Below, piece by piece: positions 22,639-45,222 of a stretch of 64,000 nt of DNA; the stretch's first letter is position 1; the number at the start of each line of letters is the position of its first letter. The stretch lies in NCBI GenBank assembly GCA_002633005.1, contig NMRA01000060.1:449030-513029 (forward strand). Direction: 5' to 3'. The notes beneath the pieces were generated by a model, which was not told where the DNA came from, made no database searches, and was given only the letters and a program-made list of their open reading frames with translations. The stretch comes from Phoronis australis. Taxonomy: Eukaryota; Animalia; Phoronida. Position numbers and translations under genes: made by a program.

Positions 22639-24064
22639 AAAATACATCGGTAAAAGGACATTTTTCGTCCTCGTCGCTGCTTAAAGTTTGTTAGCTAAAA
22701 TGGTCTCATATTCCTTGCCGTGGTGTTTTTAATTTCGCTACCAACTGAACATCGAAACCATCAGCGACTCGACGAAACGCTTCAGTTTATTGAGGTTGGA
22801 CAGCAATTGCGAAAATGGTGCATGTAGGCATTGCCTGTGACTTGAGTTGCCGGCTTGTTCGGCTACTAAAGAACGGATAAGTGAGTGTCTGCCCCCAAAG
22901 CAAAAATTAATGTAGTTTAACAACGGAGAAATGCCCCCTTAAGTGGCATGTTACAAGACTTTATGACTAAATGATTGACCTTACGAACTAAGTCACAGGT
23001 GTTTCCATGCGATAGCAAATTCCACTCATGCCTGAAGAGGTTGTCCAGGACACGACAGGTAACCTTGAGTGTCAACGTGTCACTTTGAAAGGGCTGGTCA
23101 ACTTCACCATGACGTCGACAACATCCGGGTCGTTTAGGTCATATGGAGGCGCACTGCTAATTTACTGTTAATGGTTGATATCAGCTGCAGTCGTGTTCAG
23201 TCAAGTTTGATTATATAATTGCATGAGCTTGTTTATTTATTTCATGTTGAGACCTAAGTTAATACTGGGATTGCATTTTTGTACGCTATGTATTGTTATG
23301 GGGTCCCAAATCAGCTTGGTTTTTCGGGATACCGACACCTGGTACAATACAGCTGTTGTAATTCGTAACGCGGTTTGTGAACGGAAAGTCAAGTTGTTTT
23401 AGCTGTTAGTACGTGTAAGATGGTCCAACTCCAGTTTAAATTTGCTCCCATTTTATGCGTGGCGCGTAAAGGCAGTTGCTAAATTGACATTATCAGCGAG
23501 AAAATTAATTTTCTCAAATCAGCCCCTGCGAGAATCGAGATTTAAGGGAATTTAACTACTGAAGTCACCGGCTTTGATTTCACCCACGGGGCAGACTGGG
23601 TGAGAATTGAATTAAAAGTCGCAAAAACGAATTTCATTGTTTTACAGCTCTGATCAAAGCTAATAAATTCGAGAAGTCTATCCCATCCAACAATAATCTG
23701 ATATAATATCTATAACAATAATCCTAGAAATACGTTCTTCGGTCGTAAAACGGCAATGTCCCATTAATTCCTAATGTGAAAAACTTGAACGTCATCTCAT
23801 GTGCACGTCACTTTGTCGCTTTCATAAACAGGTAAAATGGGGCATCACGTTCGAGATAATGCTCTTACGACCGAGTTTGCATCCGGATTTGATGAAACGG
23901 GCCCCAAGAGACTGGTGTTTAGGCGTCAAAACCGACAGATTTTGAGTTTGAAAGTAAAGCTAAATCAAATTGACTAGGAGTCTTGACGTACGCCCCGCGA
24001 CATTTTAGCATCTTAAATATGATTGTGTTCTACGTTAGCGTTGTTTAGTGACCTCTATGTATTT

Positions 24065-24300
24065 CATGCGCGCACCCAGTGGGGCTTGTTCGAGCTCCCC
24101 ATTTAGTGAGGTGGGCGAAAAGGTCCGCCTCTGAGAAGTAAAACCTTCGCAAAAAGTAGAATACGCGACAAAAGTCCAGTTCAAGGCAGGAACTACCAAA
24201 ATTCGGCGAATGCTCTGAACATACCCCGTGAATCTTAGTAAAAGGTCCACATTCTCAAAAATTCAAGCCCTCCGTTTTTACTAGGCTGGGTGCGCGCATG
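24065..24300. mobile_element. MITE, same family as 44996-45222
   Basis: Perfect 15-bp TIR CATGCGCGCACCCAG; interior (gcaggaactaccaaaa, tagtaaaaggtccacattctcaaaaattc) shared with the 45-kb copy. Confidence 0.85.
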
Positions 24301-24657
24301 CATTGTAAATCATTTGGTGAACAGCTTTAGTTTACGTTCAATTGAAAGATGTTTCTGAAGCATCCTAGTAGGAGATGGTTAGATATGTATGTTCATGTGT
24401 GTCTTTGCGTCGTGCTTTTCGCTTAGTGACTTTCTGTCGATTTGAGCATTGTAATTTCTTGCCTGACAATTTTGGTGTAGCGTAAGTGAATAAACTAAGT
24501 TTACTATGTGTAGTTGTAGTGAATTTCTCCACCGTCACCCGAGTAGGAATCAATCGGAAGGCACGTTCGTGTTATCTCTAAAGAGCGCCAATATGATCAC
24601 GAAAAGTACGTACCTTGGGACTGGACATTTTAACATTCAAAGTGATTTGTGGGGGTN

Positions 24658-24706
<49 letters not shown>

Positions 24707-24794
24707 GATGCTGTAAATATAGGGGCTGAACTGCCCATGAAAGGGGTAGGGTAAATTGCGATGACCGGTAATGTCATGAGTTTAAAAAGCGTTA

Positions 24795-24910
24795 AGTTGT
24801 GGGTTGTGCAATATGCGAACTGTCCTTTATAATAGAATTGTGGGTTGCGCAATATGCGAACTGCCCCTAAAATGAAATTATACGTTGCTCAATATGGGAG
24901 CTGCCCCTTA
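24795..24910 (+). repeat. ~41-bp tandem repeat, 3 units
   Basis: caatatgcgaactg(t/c)cc recurs at ~24809, 24850 and 24890. Confidence 0.7.
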
Positions 24911-25425
24911 GCATAAAATGAGACATATCCCTCCGTTAACATTTGGTTTTTTTTTTACCCCGAACGCCACAGCAAGCCTAAGTCGGACAGTGACAAACCC
25001 GCCTAATCGGTTCACAAATTATGTCCCTGGCTTAACCGCGATAATGAAGAAAAACTTCGCCAATATCGCTTATAAGGCATCGATTTTAAAAATTCAGACG
25101 ACTGCTATTCACCGTTTTTCGATTTTAAAAAAGTAAAGGCAGTCATGGTGGTCGTGTACTTTACAATTATTGTTCGTTTTTCGACTTTAAAACGCTAAAC
25201 AGCCGTGTTAGTTTAGGACCGCAGTTATCTCATCCAACACATTCAGCCAAGCCCATGAATAGCAACAAGCTCGATCGCTACAATCCGTGATTGCCCATCA
25301 AGCCTTTGATGCGCTGAGCACTTCAGTCCCTGCATGGGTAGACATACATATAGGCTGAGGAAACCAGCGCACGCTTTCTCGTCCACTTGTGTGCAAATCC
25401 CGTTAGCGTAAGATTTGACTTTAGA

Positions 25426-26670
25426 TTTTTATGCGCCCACATATATTTATATGTGGACGCATTATGCCGTCATCTCCGTCCATCCGGCGTCCGCTGCTCT
25501 ATCTCCAAAACCCTTTGACATACGTTCATGAAATTTGGCACTCAGTATGTTCCATTCATGAATGGGACGGCATGAGCGAACTTTTGGACGGATCCGACTA
25601 CCGGTGTGCCCCATAGTGGCAATTTTATTTTTTTACGCTTGCCTTTTGGTATCTTCAAAAGTTCTTAACGGATTTTCATGAAATTTGGGGTAGGCACCTA
25701 TTAGTGACTGATGACGCTATCCTCCCGTTTTCGGATGGATTCGACGTAGTTTGCGCCATCTAGTAGCCGTTTTTACTGTTTTCGAGTTTTTTGGGGTCCA
25801 CTAATCTATCAACCAAATTGGCATGTATGTTTTAACTGTGAAGTGGACGGCTGACGATGATTTTATGACTACTTCGACTACTGGGGCGCCGCTTAGTGGC
25901 AGTTTTAGTTTGCGCTCATGGCTGTGTCTCCTAAACTGTTTGCAGGATCTTCACTTAATTTAGCAAGTGCATTTATATGATGTTGACTACGGGTGACGAC
26001 GACTTTCGCACAGGTCTGACTACTGCTGTGCCCCCTTGTGGCAATTTTAGTTTTTTAAGTTTAACTCTGTATGAAAGGTCCTCAACAGATTTTCGATAAA
26101 TCATATGTTTAAATATAGGCATCTATTAGTGTGATGACGCTATCTTCCTGTTTTTGGATGGAATCGAGGTATTTTGCACCATCTAGTGGCCATTTTTGCT
26201 GTTTTCAAATCTTTTTTTTGGCGTCCACCCCTGAATCAACCAAACCTTTTTAAAATTGGCATATATGTTCTCAGTGTGAAGACAATCTTTCATTTGACTG
26301 ACTACTGTGGCGCCTCCTAGTGGTAGTTTTGTTTTGCGCCCATAGCTGTATCTCCTAACCCACTGCAGGATCTTTATTAAATTTAGTAAGTGTATTTATA
26401 TGAAGACAACAACAGACGACGACGACTTTCAGGCAGATCCAGAGGACACTGTGCTCACTAGTGGCAATTTCATTTTATTCTGTTTTCCTTTGTTTCTCTG
26501 AAGTTCCTTGACTGATTTTTATGAAATGTGGCATGTTCCTGTTTTTGGATGGTTTTTATGTTTTTGCGCCATCTAGTGGCCATTTTTATGTTACAAATAA
26601 ATAACCCTAAAAGCACACCATTTGCAATGCATTCGTGGGCACATTTCAGCACTCTGCGTTGCTCTTGTTT
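25426..26670 (+). mobile_element. HINE/DINE-1-like (pearl-like) element with internal ~140-bp tandem array
   Basis: T-run plus 5' hairpin ATGCGCCCACATAT..ATATGTGGACGCAT, short CCGT-like microsatellite, 8 repeat units, 3' subterminal GTGGGCACAT plus small stem-loop and CTTGTTT. Confidence 0.8.
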
Positions 26671-28308
26671 AAATGTTCATACAAGTTTTGGACGTTAAGA
26701 TGACGATGGAAGACATTTTCTGATGCGCTCAGGCACAAACCCAAGATTGCGTCCAGCCACAAAAGGATTTGACAGACAACCGGGAGGGGATTCATACCCT
26801 GCATTCTTCCAATATAACAATATAAAAATGGTCAAACCAGTGGCCCACAGTTTTCAATATAAAGCTTAATATTAGAAAGTTTCATTCAGGTAAAGCTACA
26901 AAGCATAAGTTTGCAGTTATAATTTGAAATGATTTCATTCTTTTGTTTCATCTGGTTTACTGCATCGATCCGATATGTGACAAAGCGAAACAAATTGATA
27001 TTTTTTTGAAAACCTATGTAAAAACCATCAGCATGATTTTGGTTCAAGTCATTTAAATATTAAACGGAGCGAGTTTTCCAAGCATGAAACCTCAAACATT
27101 GTTACTTGCAGCAATGTCAGAACCAATTGAAGCTTCTGTGCTCAGTTAAAAATAAGATGGAATTAAAATGAAGCAGTTTATTAAGCCAAAAGTAACAGCC
27201 ATGAGCTCCAGTCCAACTACATTACAACCACACAAAACAAGAAGTGCAAAATGCCTTAGTACCTGTATATGACTGGATTTTTGAGACGTGTTGAAAAATC
27301 AAACCATAAAAATAACTCAATTATTTGAAACTTCTGTGTCCCAAGGTAGTTCTTGTATCATATAATCGGCACTCTATATGAAATTAAACAGTTTGATTGA
27401 ATCCAATCGGACTGAGGAAAATATAGCAAAACCTGGCTCATTTACAGCACCAACCACTCAAGCTGGAACAACTGTACTGTTGAACTTTGTCAGAGTTCGG
27501 TGGTACAGACAACTTATGCTTGTACAATTGTTACTGTATTCAGTGATTAATATGTCCAAAAACATCACAATTGCTAACTGTAATAATTGGTAACTTGATA
27601 AATTAAAACATCCAAAAAGTAAACTTTTTAAGTGCTAATGATTTTCAATCGTCAAAATAAATTAACACATGATCTAATGCAAAGCACAATGAAAAGTCAG
27701 CCCAGGTCCTATGATCGAAAGTTGCACATGTAAAAATAATTGTTACATGTAACTGAGCATCGACTAAAATGAAAAAAAAACGGAAACACGATCAATTGAC
27801 AGAAACTAAACTGTATGTTACTATACTAGGCAACACCATACCAAAATGCAGTTGTTCATTGTTACAAATTCTACACAGACATGAGGCAGTAGCAGTACAA
27901 CTGTATCACTTCCCAAATCTCGTCATGACCACATCCAAAAACTCGTATAGTCTTGTATTGACTGTACTATACATTTTTATTTACACAAGACGACCAATCT
28001 GGGTCTGAAAAAGTTTACAAAATGCCCCAGAGCAGTGGTGCTACAACCTGGTGTGACCTATGCTAATTGTGCATTTAAAATACCTTTCAAATACCTGCCC
28101 TCATGTAGAAGTAACACCTGAAGGAAACCTTTGGTTTACTTCTACAGGCTGTATCTAGCAGAGGCTCCAACCAAACTTCTTCTAATGAAATAATTACAAT
28201 TTCATTACAATGTGTGTATATATGAAATTAACAAGGATTACAGTTGAACAATGTACAAAAAGGTCGGGGCATACAGTGCAGAGAAGTGAGTCAGTTATTG
28301 AGCAACAG

Positions 28309-37361
<9,053 letters not shown>

Positions 37362-38458
37362 GACTATGTAATGAATTGCATGAAATATTTTTATTATAAT
37401 AGTGGATTTATAATTTGACATTCAGTCGCATTATGTCAGATATACACTGTACACTGTGTATGATTTCTCACTTCTTTTTATACTACGCACAGGGTCAGAT
37501 AGGCCCCTACGAGTCCTATGGCAACAGTTTGATTTGTGTCGAAACACGCATTCCACCACAGTCCCGCTTTCCTTTAGACACATGGGATTGCTGGGGTTCG
37601 TTCCACAAAATAAACTTAAGACAGATACTTGTTCTTACGCTCCCATTCCACAATTGCAGTATAGTTTTAGTCAAGCAATTATGAGCGCATCACAGTCAAA
37701 AAATAATTTGAATAAATTATCTGTCACTAACTAGCAGTAACGTGTACACTCATATGAGGTTTAACTATTTTTAGAAATCGTTACGTGCAGCACAAGATCG
37801 AATTTTTTATTCAAATTACAAGTCACTTCATGACACTGGTCCAAGGGCTTTACTTCTCTACTTCTCACTTGTATATATATATTTCTTTTTGAAAAACATA
37901 AACAATGTTGACACATGTGTACACGACGGAATAATTCTATTGCCTTCGCAATATGCCAGATCACAAAGCACGTGAATTCTGCGTGCATTTATCCCAAATT
38001 CCGGCATTGGCAAAGAAAACTGATCATAACCATTTGACGAGACAGACAGGTGACTATTATCATAGTGAAGAATTACCCTACGACTAACGTGTGCCCAAAG
38101 TACCACAGGTATTGAGGTACAAATAAGCCCGTATAAGGGGATGGGGACGTAAGATTCCATTCAGTGACTGAAGTCCTGCATCTGCAAGATGCGGTGGGTT
38201 ACTGCGGATGGCCACATTACAAGAATGCATCGGTTGCGTTTACGTTTTAGCTTGACATTGGATTTACGGCAGTGATAAGCTGTCTGCTGTCTGTGAGTGG
38301 AATGTGTCTGAGCATTTGGTTATTACAACTGCTAATTATACATTACCTTATGTTGACCACAACAGTATATTTTTGGGCAAAATCGACTTACACTTGGCAA
38401 AAAAGCCTAAATATCCATAAATTGCTCCATTGAAGAACCGCACAGTTTGAGGCCTGGC

Positions 38459-38829
38459 TAAACAATGACCAGCAGAGACGATGGAGCTCCTATAGGAGCT
38501 TCATACGCTAGAAGCTTTTCGGCGAATTACGGTGCATGCCTCACACTGACTAAAACATGAAAGTCACATTGTTATAAATACCTTTTGCGTATAGAGAGAC
38601 ACCTTAGGAGGTCGTCGATGTATTTAATTTCTTCCAACTCCACAACAAATACTCCCGTTATCAAACTTTTTTTTGAGCAATCCCTCATTCAGTTCCCAAA
38701 ATCGGTAACTTCCCATTTTTTAAACTGTGTGCGGCAGGTGACATAATTAATTTCTACGATAGGCAATGACCATCGCCTCTGTTGGTCCGAACCAGAGGCG
38801 ATGCAGACAGAGGCGATGGTCATTGCCTA
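38459..38829. mobile_element. Fragments of the 3322-4223 MULE family: one degraded arm plus a 70-bp tip-to-tip mini element
   Basis: 38459-38720 aligns to 3322-3590; 38760-38829 reads TAGGCAATGACCATCGCCTCTG...CAGAGGCGATGGTCATTGCCTA; no TSD seen. Confidence 0.85.
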
Positions 38830-38993
38830 GGCTATGCCTACGGTACTTGTATTTTATGTGCACATTCACCCAATGTGGGGTTTCTCTTGGGAACAAACTT
38901 CCTGAAAACTGTCAGATGCTGTCAACAACGAAATGTGTAAAATTGCTGACATTTATGGAAAATTATGAAATTCAGAAAACAAAAAACTCGTAC

Positions 38994-39020
38994 CGTAACC
39001 TGCTCCATTCTTGATAACAT
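38994..39020 (-). CDS. CYB5R3: Candidate CYB5R first coding exon (distal)
   Basis: MLSRMEQVT|gtacga; phase 0; CACGTG E-box just upstream (~39052-39057). Confidence 0.4.
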
Positions 39021-39097
39021 TTGATCACGCCAGCACCTACAAAATAGGTCACACGTGGTATAAGCATTTAACGCATAGTGGCGCTACGCTACACTCT

Positions 39098-40793
39098 CTC
39101 GCTGGTTCCCTGCGTGCTGCTAGGTGGTAGCCAGCACACCGGTATCACTTAATTTTCCTCGGGGGAAATTTTTTGCACCGGCGTTTCTGATTGGCTGGTC
39201 GAATTCTCAACAGGCTGCGCTTTATACGCAAACAAACTAGCTTAACCGCAAAAGGTACCCGCTCATCCAAAACCTTTACGGCAAACAGATGGCGCTGGAT
39301 GCAATGATGCTTTACTAACAGGCAGCGCTGCTTACAGTCATGTGACATTCTTGTGTGAACTGAATCTTGTGTTGATAGAACATTAAATACAGACGTTTCT
39401 ACTTGGTGAACCATCAGCTGCCGTGTCGTGCCACAGCCAGTCCGGTCTGCTGGGCTCAGTGTTGTTGGCTAACGAGACACTGAACGAAAAAGAAAATATC
39501 GCAGAGAATAAAACCTAACATGTATATCACCATGTATAATTCAAGCATAATTTAAAAAATATCAGTAGTGGTTGTTTCAACCTAATTAAAATTATGGTTG
39601 TGAAGTTGCCAAAATCTCGCCGGGCGGAAAAGTGGCCGGGCCCGGTTTAGTAGCCTCACCATGGTCACGTTCACTGAATATATATTTTACCCCAGCGTTT
39701 AGGCCGAGCAACCACAACAGCATATATTATTAACACTTTCATCTTAATTATATGTGATAAATAGTTGTTACAAATGGGGTTTTAAACATGGAATGTCGGA
39801 CACAAAGATTTCTTTTCCACACAAATTCGCCACTCATCAGGACATACACTGTCTGGTTCATGAACTCTCGTGACCTGTGGTTACAGTCAGCAGCAGCAGA
39901 ATGTAGGTCAAGGTTCTTGGTTAAGATTCTCTGGCAGACAGTCTTACTTGAGCGATAAAATGACACGTGATTGATGAAAAGCGCCATCTGTTAGCCGTAA
40001 AGGTTTTGGATGAGCGGGTACCTTTTGCAGCTTAACCAGTGGTGGAGGAAGCGTGTGTACAGACAAAGGTGCTTAAAATTTATGTTCAGGAAACATAAAT
40101 TCCAGAAATTGTGGTTGCGCCTTTTCGGAGTGCTTCTTTTTACTGTCGAGGCGATGACTTTTGTTTACGATACTGTCCTGTATTCATCATACTGATAACA
40201 CACCTGTTAAATCAGATTACATGTGTCAGTGTGCTTCACTGGCAAGCACGCGGCTATTATATATTACTGCAGAAACGAAATAGTTGCCGCTACGATCCGC
40301 TTGAATCATGATGACAAGGCTAAAAATCGTTCATAGTCCGGCCGTCATTTTTTCACGTTGTTGTAAAGATATCAACCGCCGAGCACGTGCTACTGCGTGA
40401 TACCTGCGTACTGCAGGGTTAGGCACGTAGAAACCAGCGAGCTTTTAGCCTTGTCATGTAAGTGGATTCAGTAGCAGCAACTATTTCGTTTCTGTAGTAT
40501 AGCCGCGTGCTTGAAACACTCTACAGCAACCGTAAGTCAGCGACAGTAAAGGCGCAACCACAATTTTCTGAGATTCATATAAGCACCGATTTGTCTGTAC
40601 AACACTGCGGACGTACCACTGACATTTACACTTCCTGCATCAGTCATGCCAGTCTGTTTGCGTCACACAGCGCTGCCTGCTGTTGACCAGCCAATTAGAA
40701 ACGCCGGAGTAAAAAAAATCCCCGCGAGGAAAACAAAATGATACCTACGTACTTTGCTGGCAACCACCTAGCGGCACGCAGGGAACCAGTGAG
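39098..40793. mobile_element. Foldback (long palindromic) element interrupted by a nested insertion
   Basis: 39098-39240 plus 40038-40330 is the imperfect reverse complement of 40438-40793 (e.g. ctggttccctgcgtgc/gcacgcagggaaccag; caagcacgcggctat/atagccgcgtgcttg). Confidence 0.8.
39248..40028. mobile_element. Nested Mutator-like MITE (781 bp)
   Basis: 49-bp TIR GCAAAAGGTACCCGCTCATCCAAAACCTTTACGGC.AACAGATGGCGCT with 1 mismatch; perfect 9-bp TSD AGCTTAACC (39239-39247, 40029-40037). Confidence 0.92.
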
Positions 40794-40885
40794 CTCTCTT
40801 CACAGCTTCACTCAGTATACGGACGCGTACCACGCTCATTCGATACTGGCAACGTCATTTTCCGTAAGCCTGGCGCCATAATAAT

Positions 40886-41196
40886 CAGGGACGGATCCTG
40901 GATTTTTGAGTTGGGGGGGGGGGGGGGGNGCACAGGAATAATCAGAATTTTGCCCCATGCGCGCGCTTAGCCTAAAATGTAGGGATGCAGCGGTCTCGAA
41001 TTTTTGGGTTTGTCAATGGACTTTATTAGTAAAAAAACGGTAAATGGCGTTTGTTCAAGGCCTGTGCATTATGCATTCGCCGCCGAACCGGCCCCTGGGT
41101 GCGCGCGCATATGCCTCTCCGAACTCCCAAATGGTATCTGGGGGAAATTTTAGGGGGGCCATGGCCCCCTTGCCCTCCCCCCCAAATCCGCCACTG
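40886..41196. mobile_element. CA..TG MITE with G/C-run subtermini and 5-bp TSD (hAT5-like)
   Basis: cagggacggat...atccgccactg flanked by ATAAT on both sides; an N lies inside the G-run. Confidence 0.8.
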
Positions 41197-42049
41197 ATAA
41201 TGTACATAAATGTAGAGCTTGGGAGACGTTTTGCTGAAAAATCGGTCCTTCGTTTTTTCTAACGGAAATTTAAGAAACGGAAACTGTTTTTCAATAGCCT
41301 AAAACCGTACATACGTAAGATGCTTCTTTCCTCCACTTTGACTATTCACCACTAACTTCACTGCATGCCGTATTCAAACGATGCAGCGAATTTTATTTTT
41401 TAAGCCATACTAAAGTTTCTTGTCACTTGTTTAAACTTGGAGGAAATCCCGAATATGGAGACGGTTTCCAAGCAACACACTTTTTAACCAATGAATCTTG
41501 TTCTGAAAAGCCAGATCCGTATTGAACATGTTCACAGCCAATCTCGGCTGCATGCTTTTGCTGCACTTAATTTCGAAGTGAATTTTCGACTCACTCGTCT
41601 AGTCTGTTGCACGTTTATCGTAGACCAAGTGAGGCATAAGTCGTATTTATTACAACAATAATTCGCGATTTATTCCAGTAATAATTCTTTAGCCGGCAAT
41701 CAGAGGCCAGGCCGAGGAATATTTCCAGTATGAAAATAATTATTAGTGGAATAAATATTAATTACTGTAATTATTCCTGGCATCTAATTGGTTGTTTTAT
41801 ACCGGTAATAAATATTTTACTGGACTAAATATCAATTTTGTTACTCCAACGCCTTGTTGGGAAGCAAGCATTTTCTGGATAAGGAAGGCGTAGCCTCTTT
41901 AAACTTGAAATAGTTGACTTGCCTTTTCGTTTAAGAAAAACTATTTTGTGATGCAGATTACAATACGTTGTAAAAGCAATTGTTTCTGAACACAATTGCG
42001 ATATTTTTTGAAAAATAATTCCCTAGTTACAATTTTTATTTTTTTACTT

Positions 42050-43350
42050 TTATCTCTGTATCTTCAAAAGTCCTTAACATAGGCATCTATTAGTGTAATT
42101 ACGCTATCCTCGCGTTTTAGGATAGATTCGAGGTATTTTGCACTATTTTTAGTGTTTTTTTATTTATTTTTTTTGGCGCCTGAACCTCTGTCAACCAAAC
42201 CACTCGAAATTATGAAACTTGGCATGTTCTTGCTGTGAAGGGGCGGTTAACCATGATTTTCCAACAACTTCGACCACTGTGACGCCTCCTAGTGTCAGTT
42301 TTGTTTTTGAGCAACGAAGCATTGCTGCTCACAGGATTATTATAAAAATTTACAGATGTGTTGCTGATTAGAAGGTCACGACTGACGTTGACTGTCAGAC
42401 GGGTTCGACTACTACATGTATGTCGCCCCCTAGTGGTTATTTTGGTTTTTTTGCGTCTGCGGCCGAATCTCCTTAACACTTTGAAGAAGCTTTGTGAAAT
42501 TTGAAATATGTATTCCTATGGAGCTGTCGACAAACGAGCATCGAACTGATCCAAATACCATTGTGCACACTTGAGGCGAAACGTTTGCCTCTAATGTTTT
42601 TGGGTTTCAGAAATTTGTTTTCATGAAATTCGGCAAATAGGTTTCTATTAAAGAGGCGGCAAAGCTTTCTTATTTTCAGACATATTTGATGTTTTCTGGT
42701 CCACCTGGTGGGCATTTTTGTGCCTTCTGCTTTCGTTTTCTGGCGTCCACCTCGCTATCTGTCATACGGCTTAATCGATAATTGATTTTCCCATGGGTCT
42801 GACAACTGGGTCAATCACCCCCTGGTGGCGATTTTATTTTGTTGCGTCTGAGGCTGAATCTGCTTAACCCTTTGAAAGAGCTTTGTAAAATTTGACAGAT
42901 GTGTTCCTATGGAGCCGACGACAAATGGCAACAAATCTCGAACTAATCCAAATACCATTGTGCCCCCTATCCTCAAAAGGTTTTTTACGTTTGCATCTTT
43001 ATCTTCGGAGTTCTATGAATGTATTTTCATGATATTCGGCAGATCAATTTTTGTTAAGAAGACGACAATGCTTTCCCAATTTATGACAAATATGATGTTT
43101 TCTGCGCCACCTGGTAGTCATTTAAAAACTTTCGCGTATACTTTTGACGTCTGCCTTTCTATCTACTAAACCACTCAAAAATGATAATGGAAATTGCTGA
43201 TGCTGAGACCATGGGCCATGTTGATTTCCGGGTGTTTTTGACTATTCTGGCACCCCTTAGGGGCAATTTTGTGTTTTTACATCTACAGATGTATCTCCTT
43301 AACTCTTTATAGGATTTTGGGGAAATTTGGCAGATGGGCTTCTAATGGAG
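42050..43350 (+). repeat. Third, end-less copy of the ~140-bp HINE-associated tandem array
   Basis: aggcatctattagtgt..acgctatc and cgcc..ctagtg units align with 26110-26460. Confidence 0.75.
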
Positions 43351-44995
43351 GTTGGCAGCCTAAACTGCTAAGTACATTGTAGAGACGGTGGCACTGTCTA
43401 TACTTGGGCCTGTAGTACAGCGGTCTGTAAACTCCCTCAAACTTGGCCTTGAAAGGCGTGCGGAAAACGGTTTAATAGCATTTTTCGCACATTTTTCAGA
43501 TGGAATCAAATAAAAATCAACACAAACGTATTTGAATGTGTTCAGCTGCTAGCAATAATTGCGCAACATTACATTATCCGGGCTGATAGTCGATCAATAG
43601 ATGTTGGTCGTGGTCAATTACGACTAGATAGTTGACTTGGCTTATGTGATAACTGCAGAAAAACTTGGTGAGTTTTCGGGTAAGATTTTGCCTGAGAGTC
43701 TTTCAGGTACGCCTGTAATTTAAAAAATTAAAAGTTGCAGACTTCGCCCTCTGTTGGAAGATTTTACAATCAGCCACTAAACATGATTGACGACATTGCA
43801 TCAACGGAACGCAGTTGAAGTTACAAAACGGAATCGACTGAACTGGTTTGAGTATGTGAAATGTCATAAATAAAACATAATTGAGTTTAAAAGACACGAA
43901 ATAGCATTGTGCTTGCGACAGAAGATAAAATAGATAAAATGAAATTGTTGGGTAGACATTTACAAAATGGCATAACTGAATAGACGAAAGCAGTTGAGTT
44001 GAGGTCGGATTCAAGAATGGCATTGGATATGCATCATCATCAGATTGAGTTTATTTTCTTAAATTGAGTGTCCGATAGTAGCAATGTCTGCCCTTTTGGC
44101 CCCATAGACATAACTCCATTTCACAAGTGTTTAGACCCGACACTACTACGGTGATTGACGGTTTTGCCGAATGGATCAAAATGCTTCTAACAGCCATTGA
44201 CAGTACTGCGTAAGTTAGCGCATATCGATACAAATAGACGACAGGTCTACCCACGCAAACGCCGGCATTTACAGAACTCATACGCAGATAAATAAACACT
44301 CGGTATGGGATTAAAATCGATCAGCCATGAACGGGAAGAATGTACAAGCTTTCAACCAATCATTTTTTTTTTGATTTGCAGCTTTTGATCGGTTGTAGGG
44401 TTGTTTCAATAGTGGCACGATTGCCAAATTGAACCGTGGAATATCGGCCGTCAAAATTTCGCTTTCCTAACAGTGATTCAATATTCCATGTTTCAAAGTT
44501 TTGCTTAAAAACGGAAATTTAAAATCGAAACAACCTACATTTGATTCTACTTTGCTAAGTGCTACGGGTTCCTCCAGCGAAATCAGAGCAGGACTCGCCC
44601 CTGCAAAAGACAGACTAGTTGCCGTTACGAGCGTTTAGAAATAAATTGCGTACCCACGTAAAATTGATCAAGTATTGAAGACCAATATGGTTTTGCGACC
44701 ATGCTGTAGACAGAGCAGTGGTTGCCTTACTGACTTCATAAACAGTTAGTTTCAAAAAATCCATCCACTCTGTTTATCCGATAAGGCCTACCCCGTCCGT
44801 TATTTACTAACTTGTTTTCATGGAAACTACTATAGAGAAACTATCACTGTAAAGGTATTACATTTAACATTTTGACAAAAATGTAGTAAGAAGCAACAAT
44901 AAACCCGCGTAATGGCAAACTGACATTTCGTTATTGCTCCAGACCAAGCTCACTCTGACCAGCCAACTTGTTAAGCCTAATCTCAAGCAATAAGG

Positions 44996-45222
44996 TATGC
45001 GCGCACCCGAGGGGGGGGGCTAGGGGCTCGAACGGAGCCCCCCTTTTTGGCGAAGTAGACAAAAAAGTCCGCCTCAGAGAAGCAAAAACTCCGAAATAAA
45101 GTAGAAAACAAGACAAAAGTCCACAAAAAGCAGGAACTACCAAAAGTCGACGAATGCACCCCGTGAATGTTATAGTAAAAGGTCCACATTCTCAAAAATT
45201 CGAGGCTGGGTGCGCGCGCATG
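44996..45222. mobile_element. MITE with 5-bp TSD, same family as 24065-24300
   Basis: tatgcgcgcaccc...gggtgcgcgcgcatg flanked by TAAGG on both sides. Confidence 0.85.

Noticed and set aside
23032-23070. CTGAAGA plus hairpin, second hammerhead candidate (also CTGATGA at ~34999)
   Set aside because: No properly placed stem II-GAAA-UH; core incomplete
24651-24705. Long G-run giving poly-Gly/poly-Pro ORFs or a G-quadruplex
   Set aside because: Abuts an N; length is unreliable and probably a sequencing or assembly artefact
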